From IMG/VR virus record IMGVR_UViG_3300025141_000026: a stretch of 64,000 nt of DNA; one strand, given 5' to 3'. The notes under the pieces are model-generated. The model worked only from the letters and a program-made list of their open reading frames with translations. It made no database searches and had not been told where the DNA came from. Positions 49,001-59,200 of this stretch are shown piece after piece. The position numbers were made by a program, and so were the translations under genes. The stretch is from a virus. Every line of letters starts with the position of its first letter. Position 1 is the stretch's first letter.

Positions 49001-52000
49001 CTGACCTCGGTACCTATTTACGGGCTCGCCAATCAAATTATTGAAATCAGCAATTGTGGCAAACATTCGTAGCATCTCATCAGATATGGTTTGATACATG
49101 CTTTTTTCTACCGCATAAAAATAGTCTATTGGTCTACTGTCCCTAGTAAATTTAAGATCATCTTGGTTGAGAATCTCGATCATATCAGAACTATTTATTA
49201 CTTCTGGTGCATCTAGTTTTGCTGAATTTGCATAAATGTGATCGACCACTTTTTCGTTATTTGGCTCGAAAAAATCACCACGACCTGTAAATTGATTTTG
49301 AACAATATTTCTCAGAGCGCCATATCGATCATCTGTAATCCCCTCGGCAAAATTTTGTGTTGTAGAGCCAGACGAAATATCTTCGACAACAAAGCGAGCA
49401 TCATAAGTGGTTGGTACCCCGCTGATGCCAGCGTCAGATCCAGTGACATTTGTAAAATCCCATTCAAAAATTAGAAGCTCTGATCTTGGGATATCAAAAG
49501 GTTTTACACTATTTTGAAAAACAAAAGCGCTTTTATATGGATGAAGAACTCCTTTACTGTCTGCATTTTTTGCATGAACTCCAAGTTCTTCATCCGTCAA
49601 GTAATCCATCCAAGCTCTAGTTGTGGAGATTCTTACGTCCGACTCTTGCAGCAAGCCTCCTGAGAAGTTTGTTCTGTGTGCTCCCAAGTACATACGCTTG
49701 GATCCGGACATGAAATTGTCTCCAATACTAGCGTTGACTGTTGTCGAGAGACTAAATTCATCCACAATGGTATCTAAATCAGCGTGTGCGCCGTAAAAAG
49801 ATAATTCATATGTCAGATCAGTATCGGCAGCAATTGAAGAATCAAGAGTGCCAGAATTTGTTCCTGTCAAGGCGTTTGCCCATGGATATTTTGTGGGTTT
49901 TATTCTAACCGCAAAATTCCACTTTTCATTATCATAAACATAATCGAATACACTACTTGTTAGATTTATGCCCATTGCAGAACTTGTCAATTGAAAATAA
50001 GCATGGCGTGAATCTCTTTCTGGTCTTACCGCATATACTTTAAATTCGGAAACATCCGGGTCATTCCAAGTTGTGTTTGCTTGACCCGAAGATCCGCCTT
50101 CGGCTTCTACTGCTGTGTGCATACCGTACAGCGATGATGACAGTTGTTCAAATGGTTGATAAAAAGGATCTCCGGGGTCTCCCTTATATGGGAAGTAAAC
50201 TTCAGATTGGAAAGTCATCCCAAAACCACCAGAAACCAATGCTAGTGCAGAAGGTATGTATGAATATGCGTTTGTATTATTATTTACACTAGATGTATAA
50301 TGGTAAATTGTAGCTGCTTGTCTATCAACATCCATAAAATCAACATATGTCTTTTTTAACGCAGAGGATCTAAAATTGTTTTTTAGTTCAAAATCTACAT
50401 TATTCCCATATAAATTCAAACGAATTAATTCTTCATCCACACCAAAGCATCTAACTAAATTTCTAAAAGATTTTTCTGTTCCTTTTGACTTTAGAATAAA
50501 ATTCAAATTGTTATAGATGTTTTGATAAATTTGATTTTTTATGTTATAAAGCTTGTCTTTATATTCTCTATCTTCGTCCCTTGAGCTAAGTTGTTCTAAA
50601 GCTTCCGCATCAGTAAAAATCTCCGGAACATCAATCCCGAAAGATTGAAGTGCATTCTTTATGAAAGGTTTTGGTTTACCACTAAAGCTGGAGGAATATG
50701 CGGGATATGCATTGGAGCCGGTTACTAATATGCTACCCTCGTCAGCATAATTTTTAGCTCTCAATTCCATAAACTTTGTGTAATTTGCATCTTTTACGTG
50801 AGGCAAAAAGTCTAATTGAAGTTGTAAGGTATCAAAATAGCTAGCCATTATTTGTATTATTTTAACTAAATTTGAAGCTCCAACCTCTTTGTCATCTTCT
50901 GCGATCCAATTTGGTAATGTTGTATGAATGGCAGAAGAGTTTCTTGCATCGTAAACGCTTCCCTCTTCAGACTTGTCTTTCTTAAGATTGAATACTTGGG
51001 GGTGAAACGAGTAAATGATTGGGTCTCTAAATTCTGTAAGAGATGCAGATGACTCTACCATAGCAGAACCAGTAAGTCGTGGACCAGTCTGAATGTCTGT
51101 TTTATCATAGTTCACGATTGTACCATTTGAAATTCTGCCTGAATAATCTAAAACTGTGGCATCATATGAGGCGTTTGTAGTGATGCCCTCGTTGAACTTG
51201 AAATATACACCTAAATCCGTGTTTGAATTATCAGTATTCGCACCTCCGTAAACTTGTGTAAACCAATTTCTACCAACCTCTTTTGCGGTTCTGGATTTTT
51301 TCCAAAATCTAAATTCATCTATCGCACCATTAAGTTGATTAAACCCATTAAAATCAGTTCTTGCAGTTGGTGCAAGAGCAATGGCTTTTACGGTGTTGTC
51401 AGGGAAATGTTTGTAAGCTCCAATATTAGCATTTAGTGCCCCTGTAACTTCCCCAATCGAAGAGCCGGTAAGAATTGAGTCTATGGGTTCTCCATTCACA
51501 TATGTTTTGATTCTTAAGGAGTTACCCTCATTTTTCACACTAAATGCAAGGTGATTCCAAGACCCTGTTGTGAACTGCGGAACGGATGCAAAGGGGAGCA
51601 CTGGGACTTTTTCGGCTCCGGAAGTTCCAGACATGTATGTTAAATGGAAATTAGCGCCATCAACCAATGTGAATTGTGCGCCTCCGGTGCCTCCGCCGGT
51701 ATTGAGATAATAATATCTTCTATCTATTAAGAATCTACCATAGCTACCACTTCGTATTGCAGTTGTAGTGCCCCCATCATCATTCCATAAATCAAACAAC
51801 ACACCATGCGCTACCGACGTGGGCTTGACCCACAACTCTACCGTGTTGCCCTCTGCTCCGTCAATGGAAAGATTTGATGCTCTTTTCCTTTCTGCATCAT
51901 AAATGTTTGCTGATGTCTGAGTATATGATGTTTTTGAAGAGGCTTTTGAATAAGTTTGTGATTTTGGTTGTTGGTCAAGAGTGTCCGCCGCTCCTGCTTT

Positions 52001-52468
52001 ATTAGGACCACCCTTCACACTAATGTACAACGGTCCAGTGTGGATTTGAGCGAAGAATTCCACACCAGTACCATCATCATTTTGTTTATACGCGGTGGGG
52101 CTGGTGCTTTGATCTTGTACATAGTACCCGTTTGTTCTTGGGTACAATTCATCGAACACATAGTTGTCAAAATATGATGCAGAATTGTGCCATTCTGTTT
52201 TTTCTTTGTGTGAACCGTCGTATGGATAAGTTCGATGAACGGCTTGAATAGCGTTTTCGTAATATTTTTCAGCAGACCCATAGCGTACAAAAGTTTCTGG
52301 TTTTGTGAAATCTACTTCTGGTACGAATCTGTCTTTTTCTTCTTGATAGGCTTCAATATAGCCAAAAGACTCAGCGTCTTGACTTGATGTGAGATCATTT
52401 ATATTTTTTGCAGATAAGACTTTTCCTGAGCTATCGTGCTTGTTGAATAAATCTTTTATTTTTGGCAT
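43001..52468 (-). CDS. Giant (3155 aa) baseplate/tail protein with LamG-like domains
   Basis: TVELWVK, WNHLAFS, GAIDEFRFW and YFKFNEG LamG motifs; KSKGTEKS..LVRCFG resembles a gp7-type wedge motif. Confidence 0.7.
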   Translation of the reverse strand: MPKIKDLFNKHDSSGKVLSAKNINDLTSSQDAESFGYIEAYQEEKDRFVPEVDFTKPETFVRYGSAEKYYENAIQAVHRTYPYDGSHKEKTEWHNSASYFDNYVFDELYPRTNGYYVQDQSTSPTAYKQNDDGTGVEFFAQIHTGPLYISVKGGPNKAGAADTLDQQPKSQTYSKASSKTSYTQTSANIYDAERKRASNLSIDGAEGNTVELWVKPTSVAHGVLFDLWNDDGGTTTAIRSGSYGRFLIDRRYYYLNTGGGTGGAQFTLVDGANFHLTYMSGTSGAEKVPVLPFASVPQFTTGSWNHLAFSVKNEGNSLRIKTYVNGEPIDSILTGSSIGEVTGALNANIGAYKHFPDNTVKAIALAPTARTDFNGFNQLNGAIDEFRFWKKSRTAKEVGRNWFTQVYGGANTDNSNTDLGVYFKFNEGITTNASYDATVLDYSGRISNGTIVNYDKTDIQTGPRLTGSAMVESSASLTEFRDPIIYSFHPQVFNLKKDKSEEGSVYDARNSSAIHTTLPNWIAEDDKEVGASNLVKIIQIMASYFDTLQLQLDFLPHVKDANYTKFMELRAKNYADEGSILVTGSNAYPAYSSSFSGKPKPFIKNALQSFGIDVPEIFTDAEALEQLSSRDEDREYKDKLYNIKNQIYQNIYNNLNFILKSKGTEKSFRNLVRCFGVDEELIRLNLYGNNVDFELKNNFRSSALKKTYVDFMDVDRQAATIYHYTSSVNNNTNAYSYIPSALALVSGGFGMTFQSEVYFPYKGDPGDPFYQPFEQLSSSLYGMHTAVEAEGGSSGQANTTWNDPDVSEFKVYAVRPERDSRHAYFQLTSSAMGINLTSSVFDYVYDNEKWNFAVRIKPTKYPWANALTGTNSGTLDSSIAADTDLTYELSFYGAHADLDTIVDEFSLSTTVNASIGDNFMSGSKRMYLGAHRTNFSGGLLQESDVRISTTRAWMDYLTDEELGVHAKNADSKGVLHPYKSAFVFQNSVKPFDIPRSELLIFEWDFTNVTGSDAGISGVPTTYDARFVVEDISSGSTTQNFAEGITDDRYGALRNIVQNQFTGRGDFFEPNNEKVVDHIYANSAKLDAPEVINSSDMIEILNQDDLKFTRDSRPIDYFYAVEKSMYQTISDEMLRMFATIADFNNLIGEPVNRYRGQYKDMDKLKSLFFESIGNSPDLDKYVDFYKWIDAAITKFLEQLFPVSANYADDLRTVVESHVLERNAYRNKFPTLETKQEDPEVPALGINELTYNWKFGHAPTDVSDDKKQKDNCLWFNQRAEKTIAALSSSVASVNTGRQTILDRATTDNSGSYLKRYEGSTYVLRKLSKPYREGVSFTKQIKGGVNFDANKKVDYWKGFLQFGNQNVVLVTGSQLYVDDRHTDDRHCADNDELRNKNKVKSSFGYKYSVTAGAILDVQKINTIVPFNLYTTGSTTDVYLNSWEPGGSGDPKDQKVVVVNHHHDGYGTLAEEPMQGTFTERWEGGNPHRHVRINDGRDITTNSMHHRPEAWKIVLPPTVHSQMQFRNHYNGAVGALGGINAPYYRDFIAKRPVVIKNILQTTATVDTRLDGALFHGPVGNYSHQYDVLQTSGRTANNKYFVEQQGVGFGYTSQTLLPGLLPTPEISFVRNLFYDYQLAERKTTDTVFVERFSAPGSYEAMSRGYLDPFAEEMSAYNAMPFRNLSVRGIGAYKKQVQTLGVEISTNTWSTSSLGLTSLLSRRTAFGGYDNQASTTPAFHKTYRNRLRRIEMNNGATYLNPDGTVNQDYATGSTFDNGFITHMIPRSDFQYSWITASVLSQDPSNGFGLGYFPYSGKVSSSAGGFESAVNFASASNFGAVGSSGVTYGYGITLLQAIGTGVRFLPVDFAGLNTIVVADSTQFSDNTIQNGLLDNGQMGPNGIGESVLLNAGLLNAGGGVGFPVFKQIRNMYHPIVRHLKDTNTYSLSVRNPKPFISKNKGHATTLFNSTIFPKLNYRDLTDNSYQGLKGKTHDMLGAELTIQNYIEPPLSSKYKPMRHALNVINDNKEIAPLSIDHSYANNFDYFANPDLMNDMNTANRIEPPGQQVYDNLLEFTVKGTVPQASNPIKGFRHLIYKETIYPKEQHTYLAKTRGRTSYNEDITSTDYTSILGDQRTFWRDALGNRQRTDGVARNALGYTETLITLSPPVVGTPRPEFATAFSVHPLDVGDRMTGATIDYSQLTGTNHGALSVDSFSTSMLQYQIDRTALLSPTASFTYEYHAFMSSSAAEGGSDGEFYSEFIPNWDTGRLSGKKPWFDSYEEYASDIRLFGQDHTVLPEFRISQHMDYYLDKGTFFGATSKNNKYLTLEGGHLSQSAESETDPFDADFFDIYTHSDFIKHFDVIREQHDGVAKQTKITVKCSGIKKLLPYNGFYPMNRTVQLGSLMSQSFAPFLEGSEIFSSNPNTERVSAFMQPFFNPGILYNTVKSGIAVDWMTFTGSTNIDNFGGAGGGDVVQTDTGSFRIPFEALLYPQNYLASKNKLTTVSDKPERINYLDARLYTGAPRISGAYAVWNGNNKDNYTLAMNNFLAEVPNFFLEEGKFSNIESTSMASFLSGVNYYMDIELYKTPDMVMYEGPHRLNNTSSQGNTASARGIHYGPPLLQRMADRSTLTFGMNNAFRCDPANAAYTPPYFYGKSTVRCKFSPHEFTELAPNESLDVGGKNSSFTLSEIVGYIATSGSTFFNNYELDQSNYLTFGILDPTKNGPGEGGSNTDQFSLATRYQMQINSSMNLFNVVGKPVFAFDALGRPTTTQVGQEESKWVISPKFECPVMNFSGNTGTTFADANLHTRGMWRGYGEFPSSGEGIYYDLTDPFPTFAPPFNGGNPLSALGLSPTTEAQIGSLRQVLFPNTEAKRIGEITGEKEIFEAVVAIPFTVNGDKKIFYPLVPAEDLVVAKTKGRHVVDAILGKRDPLDPAVYTPGHSIIDQIERMQKYVFPPSLDFINNENLTPFQMYIFEFSHTLDKQDLADIWQGVMPKISVKAEKQTSKITHFLTNNELLLGKSITKEVRWMIFKVKQRAKYSYNNAISKTLGMDKFVDGALEETTYSYNWPYDFFSLVELAKIDAGVQIGGNVPITPPDITVDPAPEINDPPKKKDPDLAKDQSFSPADVKKVFLNTGDIDRGQTDKEVENKINDIGNEPIL

Positions 52469-52470
52469 GC

Positions 52471-53985
52471 CTATTCTACCCTAAATTTAAAAGTTTCTGA
52501 ATGCTCGTGAGTTGTTCCATTTTCATAAGACAAGATGTTTATGTTATACGCATAGCCCGTTTCTAGGCACTCCATGTCTAAATCAAAATAACTTCCACTA
52601 GCATCATAAGACAGTTTTGTATATTTTATGCTCCCCGTCCCATAACCAATGGCTTCGACTCCATCTAGTTGCCTAGTAATCTTGTAGTATGCATCTCTCA
52701 AGATTGTAGGCTCGATTGCAGTTGTTGCCTTAGTGTAAATAGTTGGATTCCACGTTTGTGATCTAGTGAATATTCTGAAGCGAGCCTTTTCAGCTTTTGA
52801 ATAGTAAGGTTTCAAATTTGTTATGTTTATCACATAACCATCAGCTAAATTGTTACTATGTTGAGTCAAGTCTTTAGGGCTGAACCCTGACCCTGTGAAA
52901 TACTCAACGCTACCGCTGTGCCATACATCGTAAAGATATTCTGTCGCGGCAATTGATGATGTAAAGGCAAAAGAGCAAGAATAGATTCCTGTTGAAACAA
53001 AATTGCCAGTGATATTTGTATCTCCAACAGAAGCAACCCCGCCGCCTATGGAAAGACCAATCTTATCCCCCTCGGGTCCAGTAGTTCCAGAATATATGCT
53101 AACACGTATCTTGTTCTCTCCTACATCCGGTATATTTTTTGGTGCTCCCTTGATGTAATTATATAAATATAGATTGTTCAAATTGTCAGATGCTGGCGCT
53201 AGAGAACTGCTTAGATAAAAATCTGCCCTGTCATCTGTTTTGAAATCTTCCCACCGCGCTTCAATTACAGGTCTCTTGAAATAATATTCTGTCCCTCTTG
53301 CATAAAACTTCTTGTTGTAGTAGGACCTTTTCTCGCTTCCGTCTTCTTGACTAGATGTTAGAAACACTCCAAATCCAAAATTTCCGGGCAATTTTGATGG
53401 CGCTGCTCCAGCTATCCAATCTTCAACTGTATTTGACACATCTAACTCCAGATCTTCAATTCCTGTTTTGAAAGTTTGCTTATAAGTATAAACCTCGTTG
53501 CTGGTGCCAATTGTGCCTGTCATATAGGAGCCGCCTTCTGCGCTCCAGCTTGAGGTGCCAGCACTAGCGCTCAAGGCTACTATCCAGTTTGAATACCCAG
53601 TATCTATATAAGAATCAGCATCCAACCCATAACCTTCTTGCCACGATTGGGACACTGGGTTCACTACTAATGTATATTCTTTAGGAACTGTGAATGGGTG
53701 TCGAGCATTGAACATTCTGAGATAGAAATTTACACTCCCAGAGGCGGGAATTGTTCCATCATCTCTTGCTGCACTAATCTCATCGACTGGAAATTGTATA
53801 AGAATTCTTGATTTTTCTACAGTTGTACCAACACCTGCTGAACCACTTCCTTGACCATAAATAGAAAAAACTTGCAAAGAGTCTGCTAGTCCCTGATTTG
53901 ACCCCGTTGCTCGCAGTTGCAAACCTAGCTTAAAAGCATTAGTTATTGTATTGTCTAAGCTGGCAGTAAATCTGTGTATAGGCAT
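52471..53985 (-). CDS. Virion structural protein
   Basis: 504-aa beta-rich ORF directly downstream of the gp6-like gene. Confidence 0.6.
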   Translation of the reverse strand: MPIHRFTASLDNTITNAFKLGLQLRATGSNQGLADSLQVFSIYGQGSGSAGVGTTVEKSRILIQFPVDEISAARDDGTIPASGSVNFYLRMFNARHPFTVPKEYTLVVNPVSQSWQEGYGLDADSYIDTGYSNWIVALSASAGTSSWSAEGGSYMTGTIGTSNEVYTYKQTFKTGIEDLELDVSNTVEDWIAGAAPSKLPGNFGFGVFLTSSQEDGSEKRSYYNKKFYARGTEYYFKRPVIEARWEDFKTDDRADFYLSSSLAPASDNLNNLYLYNYIKGAPKNIPDVGENKIRVSIYSGTTGPEGDKIGLSIGGGVASVGDTNITGNFVSTGIYSCSFAFTSSIAATEYLYDVWHSGSVEYFTGSGFSPKDLTQHSNNLADGYVINITNLKPYYSKAEKARFRIFTRSQTWNPTIYTKATTAIEPTILRDAYYKITRQLDGVEAIGYGTGSIKYTKLSYDASGSYFDLDMECLETGYAYNINILSYENGTTHEHSETFKFRVE

Positions 53986-53986
53986 T

Positions 53987-55813
53987 TTATAAAATGACTC
54001 CTTTTATATCTTGTAGTGGAAATTTTATTTCCACAATAACATCTTGAGGCACCACAAAATATCGACCATCGGAAGACATATTATCGCGTATATTGAAACC
54101 TAAGTCAGAATACGCATCTCCAGTTTTTTGCTTTACCGTCACCTTTTTTGTATCAACAACGCCGTCTACATCGTTAATAGTTTTATAAATGTCGGTAATA
54201 TAAAATGCCTCGCCAATGTCTGGAAGAACAGCAAACCTTTCTCTAAGCTTTGTTATGCAAGTGGCAAGTATGTCAAACTTATTAGTTTCTTGATCTGCTA
54301 CTATAGCAAAGTCAATGCTGATGTTTAAAATTCTGGCATTCAGAATATCTATTGTATCATTGATCATTCTATTTTTGTTAAGCCATGTTTTTACATTTCT
54401 TTTTAAATTTGTACTAGCTTGAGCTAGCTTGCCATTCGACCCTTCTGCAATAAGATAAATATTCAAATTTCTTTTGAAAGAGTCATCATCTCGAACAACC
54501 ATCGCTCTTTTAATAGCGCCGAATTGTGGTGGCATAGAATAAATTGTTGAAACGTAATCTAGTTTTGTAACTGCTCTGTTCTGTGATGCATAATGATCAT
54601 ATATTCTTCTTTTCAATTCCTCAGAAGAGGGTGAGCTAACATCTCCAATTATTGGAGATTCATTGTTTACTTCTATAGATTGCCTAACAGTTTTAACTGT
54701 ATCTAAATTCAATTCAGTTATATTACTGAAATCTAATATGGCTCTAGAAGGCTTTGTCAATCTCCCTGTAGAGACATTGACATTATTTCTAGTATTTGTG
54801 CGATATATAATTGTAAGTTTTGTGCTAGCCGGAGAAATGCCCAACTTGTCAGTTTCAGTTAGCTTTGTAGGGTCAAAAGATGGATCCGTAACATAATTTT
54901 TTCCGTTTCTTTGGAGCGTTACTGTTCTTGGATCTAAAACAGATTCTGTTTTCAACTCTGTTTCTGAACCGAACCCAAATTGTAAAAACGTAGCGTTTCT
55001 TTTATCCTGTTCAACAACAAATCTTCTGGGGACAACAAAGGGTCTCATTAGCGCTCCGACCCTATCAGTGTCTGAGTTTTTGTTTGTTACTGGTTTGTAA
55101 ATAACGTTTTGAGATAAGTTATCAACTTCATAATATGTATGACCTTCTTGATCGACAACTGAAATCACTTCTGTCACCTTATCTGAAGATAATTGTATTC
55201 TTAGAAATTTTTGATAGCCGGGGACGTCTACAATGTCTCTTGTAAGCTCCCCTGAAACTACATTGCCAAAAGCTTTTACGGCATAAGAAGTTGGGGTACC
55301 AGTAGTATCATCAACTTGTGCCACAATAATTTGATTATTAGAGTCGGCAAAATTAACATCCTCATCCAAAATGAAACCAACATTCTCCGTTGTTCTAAAT
55401 TGGCTGCCTTTTCTGAGTATTGGCATATATCTAGTGTCAGGTCCGATACCAACTGAGGCTACGGGGACAATGACAAAGAATGACGCGACTCCAGAGGAAG
55501 TGGGATTACCTCTAAATTTGTATCCCATTTGTTTTCCTAATTTTACAATGCTATCATACTCTAAAGCTGTTGGAAGGAAAGATTCATTCGCTTGAAAATC
55601 AGTATAAAATGATAAAATGTCTCCAATATAAGCCACAGTATCCAGCAATAAAGAACCCACACCAGCTTCATTGAAGTCTTGAAAGCTGTCGGGGTAATAT
55701 CTTTTTGCGTATTCTACTAGATCTCTTTTTATTGTATCGAATTCTCTGCTAGTGTATTTAATTGGAACTAGCTGATTATCTCTCTTCTTTGTCATCTGGG
55801 ATGTCCTCTTCAA
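53987..55813 (-). CDS. Baseplate wedge protein (gp6-like); start probably ATG at 55795
   Basis: Y..REFDTIK..L, DFNEAGVG..LLD..AYIGD.LSFY, QNRAVT..DY motifs. Confidence 0.88.
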   Translation of the reverse strand: MKRTSQMTKKRDNQLVPIKYTSREFDTIKRDLVEYAKRYYPDSFQDFNEAGVGSLLLDTVAYIGDILSFYTDFQANESFLPTALEYDSIVKLGKQMGYKFRGNPTSSGVASFFVIVPVASVGIGPDTRYMPILRKGSQFRTTENVGFILDEDVNFADSNNQIIVAQVDDTTGTPTSYAVKAFGNVVSGELTRDIVDVPGYQKFLRIQLSSDKVTEVISVVDQEGHTYYEVDNLSQNVIYKPVTNKNSDTDRVGALMRPFVVPRRFVVEQDKRNATFLQFGFGSETELKTESVLDPRTVTLQRNGKNYVTDPSFDPTKLTETDKLGISPASTKLTIIYRTNTRNNVNVSTGRLTKPSRAILDFSNITELNLDTVKTVRQSIEVNNESPIIGDVSSPSSEELKRRIYDHYASQNRAVTKLDYVSTIYSMPPQFGAIKRAMVVRDDDSFKRNLNIYLIAEGSNGKLAQASTNLKRNVKTWLNKNRMINDTIDILNARILNISIDFAIVADQETNKFDILATCITKLRERFAVLPDIGEAFYITDIYKTINDVDGVVDTKKVTVKQKTGDAYSDLGFNIRDNMSSDGRYFVVPQDVIVEIKFPLQDIKGVIL

Positions 55814-55829
55814 ATAAATAGATGTGTTT

Positions 55830-56237
55830 TTATAATTTTAGGTTCCTTGTGGCTTTTAGTGGAACTATAGTATATACGATCCTCATACCAACAAAATTAG
55901 GGTCTGAATTTTTACCGGGGTTTTCTAGAAACCCATCTGGCGTCTCAACGTTGGCACTAGAGAATACTATGTCGTCTATACGCACGAAGGGCATGTATTT
56001 TTCAACTTGTTGATTTATTTTTGCTCTTATTTCTGAGTAAGTTACAGGGTCATTTTGCTCAAATAAGAATCGACTAATACCAACACCAAATGTTGGATCC
56101 ATCACTCTCTCTCCGGGCATTGTCAAAAGTAAATTTTTCAAATTTTGTTCAACTAAGTCTGGAAAGTTTTTTACTAGTTTTATTCCGTCAAATTCATCAA
56201 GAACTATAGGTAATTTTGGAGTCAGTCCGTTAGCCAT
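55830..56237 (-). CDS. Baseplate wedge subunit (gp25-like)
   Basis: QNLKNLLLT.PGERVMDP.FGVGI..FLFE motif. Confidence 0.9.
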   Translation of the reverse strand: MANGLTPKLPIVLDEFDGIKLVKNFPDLVEQNLKNLLLTMPGERVMDPTFGVGISRFLFEQNDPVTYSEIRAKINQQVEKYMPFVRIDDIVFSSANVETPDGFLENPGKNSDPNFVGMRIVYTIVPLKATRNLKL

Positions 56238-56274
56238 GTTTATTTTCCTCAGATATAAATATTATTCATTTTGA

Positions 56275-59200
56275 TTATTTATCGTCACAAGACGAATCAT
56301 CAATTGTTTTTCCTTCTTCTTCTTGTTTCTTTTTTTTCTTTTTTACCTCTCCGGGTAGTAGAGGTAAGCTATATGCTACCATTCCTGTTGGTGTCATAGG
56401 TGGACCCCATCCAATAAAAGGTGGGAATGGTAGTGGGAAGTTCACGGGGTATAGTGCTGGTACTGATAACCATGTCATACCATCAATTGTGAGCCCAAAA
56501 TCGTCTAATATCGACATTAGTTTATAATGAGGGTCTGTTTGTCTAGCATACGCTTTTACCAATATCAGTGCTGCTTTGGCTGCTATTTTTGCTGCTATTG
56601 CACTGCCGCTTGGACCCTTTGAGGTCATCGAATTATTCTGATCTGCCATTATTCCCGCGTTCCCACCAGATTCTTCTATTTGCTTATCTTGCTTTGACCA
56701 CCACGGGTCGCCCGGAATCATATTGAAGAAGTTTGATCTAATCAATTCTTTAGTTTGATCATATGATTTTTCAAGATTGGGGTAATTTTTTGTAGACGCA
56801 ATAGTGTTGTGAATAAACAATAACGTTATAATTCTTTTTAATGGAATATCATATTCAAATAAAAGTCTATATTTTGCAGAATCTTTCAATTTTTTTCTCA
56901 AGAACTGAAATGCCAAATCGTTTACAGTTGTTGATCTGAGACCGATGGAAAGAGATTGCAACGTTACTTTCCCTCCACTAGAGGTTGAAATTGCATCAAA
57001 AAATCCAATATCGTTTTCTACAGTTACTAATGGAATTGGGAACAATTCTACAGAATTAGCTTGAATTGCTACGCCATCAGGCTTGTCTTCATCAAACACT
57101 TCAATATTTCCAATTATTTCGGTTATTTTGTAAGCTTTTTCTTTTCTAGCCTTTTGATCTACAATACCCCCCTTGGCGTTCGGTCTAGATGCGATTATGG
57201 AAGAGTTGTAAACTTCGCTAAATGAGTAGGCTTCGTCAAGAGGTCTTGGAATTGACGAAGATTCATTGAGAGTTTCTTGCACTAAATCATCATCGAAAAG
57301 TATATTTCTCCACGAATCGGATCCGCCGACATCCATCATACCAGTTAAAAACTCATCATTTAGATTATCACTAACCTTGGCTTTATCTCGTGGTGCGGGG
57401 GGTATATATACGAGCCTAATTCCATATTTGAAGTTTTTTACGAATTTGCTAAAATCAACTTTAGTCAAATCTAAGCTTGATTCTTCAATTATACTATCTA
57501 TCTTTTGTACGAGGGAGCTTATATTGACTGCGCCGGAAGTATAAGAAAAAGACTCTGGTGGTGGCTCCTCTCCGTTGAATACAATTGACTCGTTTATTGT
57601 GGCATCCGCATCTAAATTGTCTCTGCCTCCGACTCTATTGAACCAAGCTTCGCCAAAAGCTTTTTCCTCTTCATTCAAAAATTCGTTACCTTCTATAATC
57701 AAATCCGAGTCTTCTACTCTAACATACTTTTCTAAAATAAACCCTCCAGAGTTTTTGAATAATGGGTCAACTGGACTTAAGAATTTGAACTTATTTTTGA
57801 ATTCCGCTACACTTATTGAACCTACAGCTTCACCCTGCTCATTAGTTGTAACAGGCATGGTTTTTTGAAATCTATTTTGGCTTTTATGATAAGCTACATC
57901 TATTTCTGGGACAACGTTGTCTAAGAAAATATCATTTATCTCATCCATTGGTGGATTTATTTTTTTGTCTATCAGCGGTGCAATAATTTTTAGTTGTTCT
58001 TTTATGGTATATTTCATGTAAGTTATTGGACTGGTGCTGCTCTCAAACATGAGATCAGTCTCACTGGTGTTAGAGAGAGGGTCTATTAGCTTTTCTCCAT
58101 CCTCTTCTCTCTTCTTGAGATATTTTTCATTTTGAGACAACATCTCTTTATAATATTCTTGATCCTGTTTTTGAAGGTCGTGAATCACAAACTCTAAGAT
58201 AAATTGTACCAACGCATCATCTTTTATACTTTTTTCAAAACTGTACTTGCTAAATAAGAAAATTGTGTCGCAAACCAATTGAATGATTATCAGCCTAATG
58301 GATGCTTTTATTAAATTTACTAAATTTGTTTCTTCTATTGCTCCGGGCTTTGAACTGTTATCATTATCATCACAAGTGTTGTTATATTGTTGTTTTGCTG
58401 ATTCCTTCAAATTTTCAAGCGCTAATAGGTTGTCACAAAGATCTTTTTGAATTTGAATACTTTCACCGAGTTCTAAAGTTGCAAAATTCTCAACATTGAA
58501 AAGCTTTGACTGTGTTAGTTGAGATCCGAACATGTTGACTAAAGCAGCAAAATACGACGGTCTTTTTTGTCTAAAAAAGTTAAAAAACTGTTGCCCTGAA
58601 AGTGATCCAAAGTCTACGGTAAGACTGTCGCTAACAGATTCCCATTCATCTTTGATAATGTTCGCAAAAACTTGGTCTCTTTCGGTATAATTTGCAAAAT
58701 AAACGAAACCCTCCATTAGTTCCGTTAGGGCTGGGTCTATGTCTTTTGAGCCATCTATTGTAATATCAGGCGAGCTTCCAAGTATATCTTTCAAAGTAGA
58801 TAGAGTAGAGTCGCTTCTGCCTGTAGTGCTTCTGCCTGTATTCTTATTTTCCCCAAAAGATCTTTCAGTTGAAGTAGATGTTTCTTTTTCACCAAAGAAT
58901 TTTTGCGCCGACGATACGATATTTCCATCAATAAAGAATTTTACTTCTGAAGGGGCGTCATCACACGAGTTCTGTGTTTCGATGACTTGAGGTTCCGATG
59001 AGCCAGCTTGTTCATTAAAAATTCTTTTTGTTGTCGAATCTGCCTCCTCTTGGAAAAGACTCAAATCAGTGTTTGTTGTTCGTGCGTCTACGTTTATAAG
59101 CCCCTTTGCTGTTTTTTGAGGCAAAGCTATTGTCCAAGTATCTTGAACCACGCTGGATTCTCCTTCAGATCGCTTTTTAGAAAAATAATAAAAAGGATAC

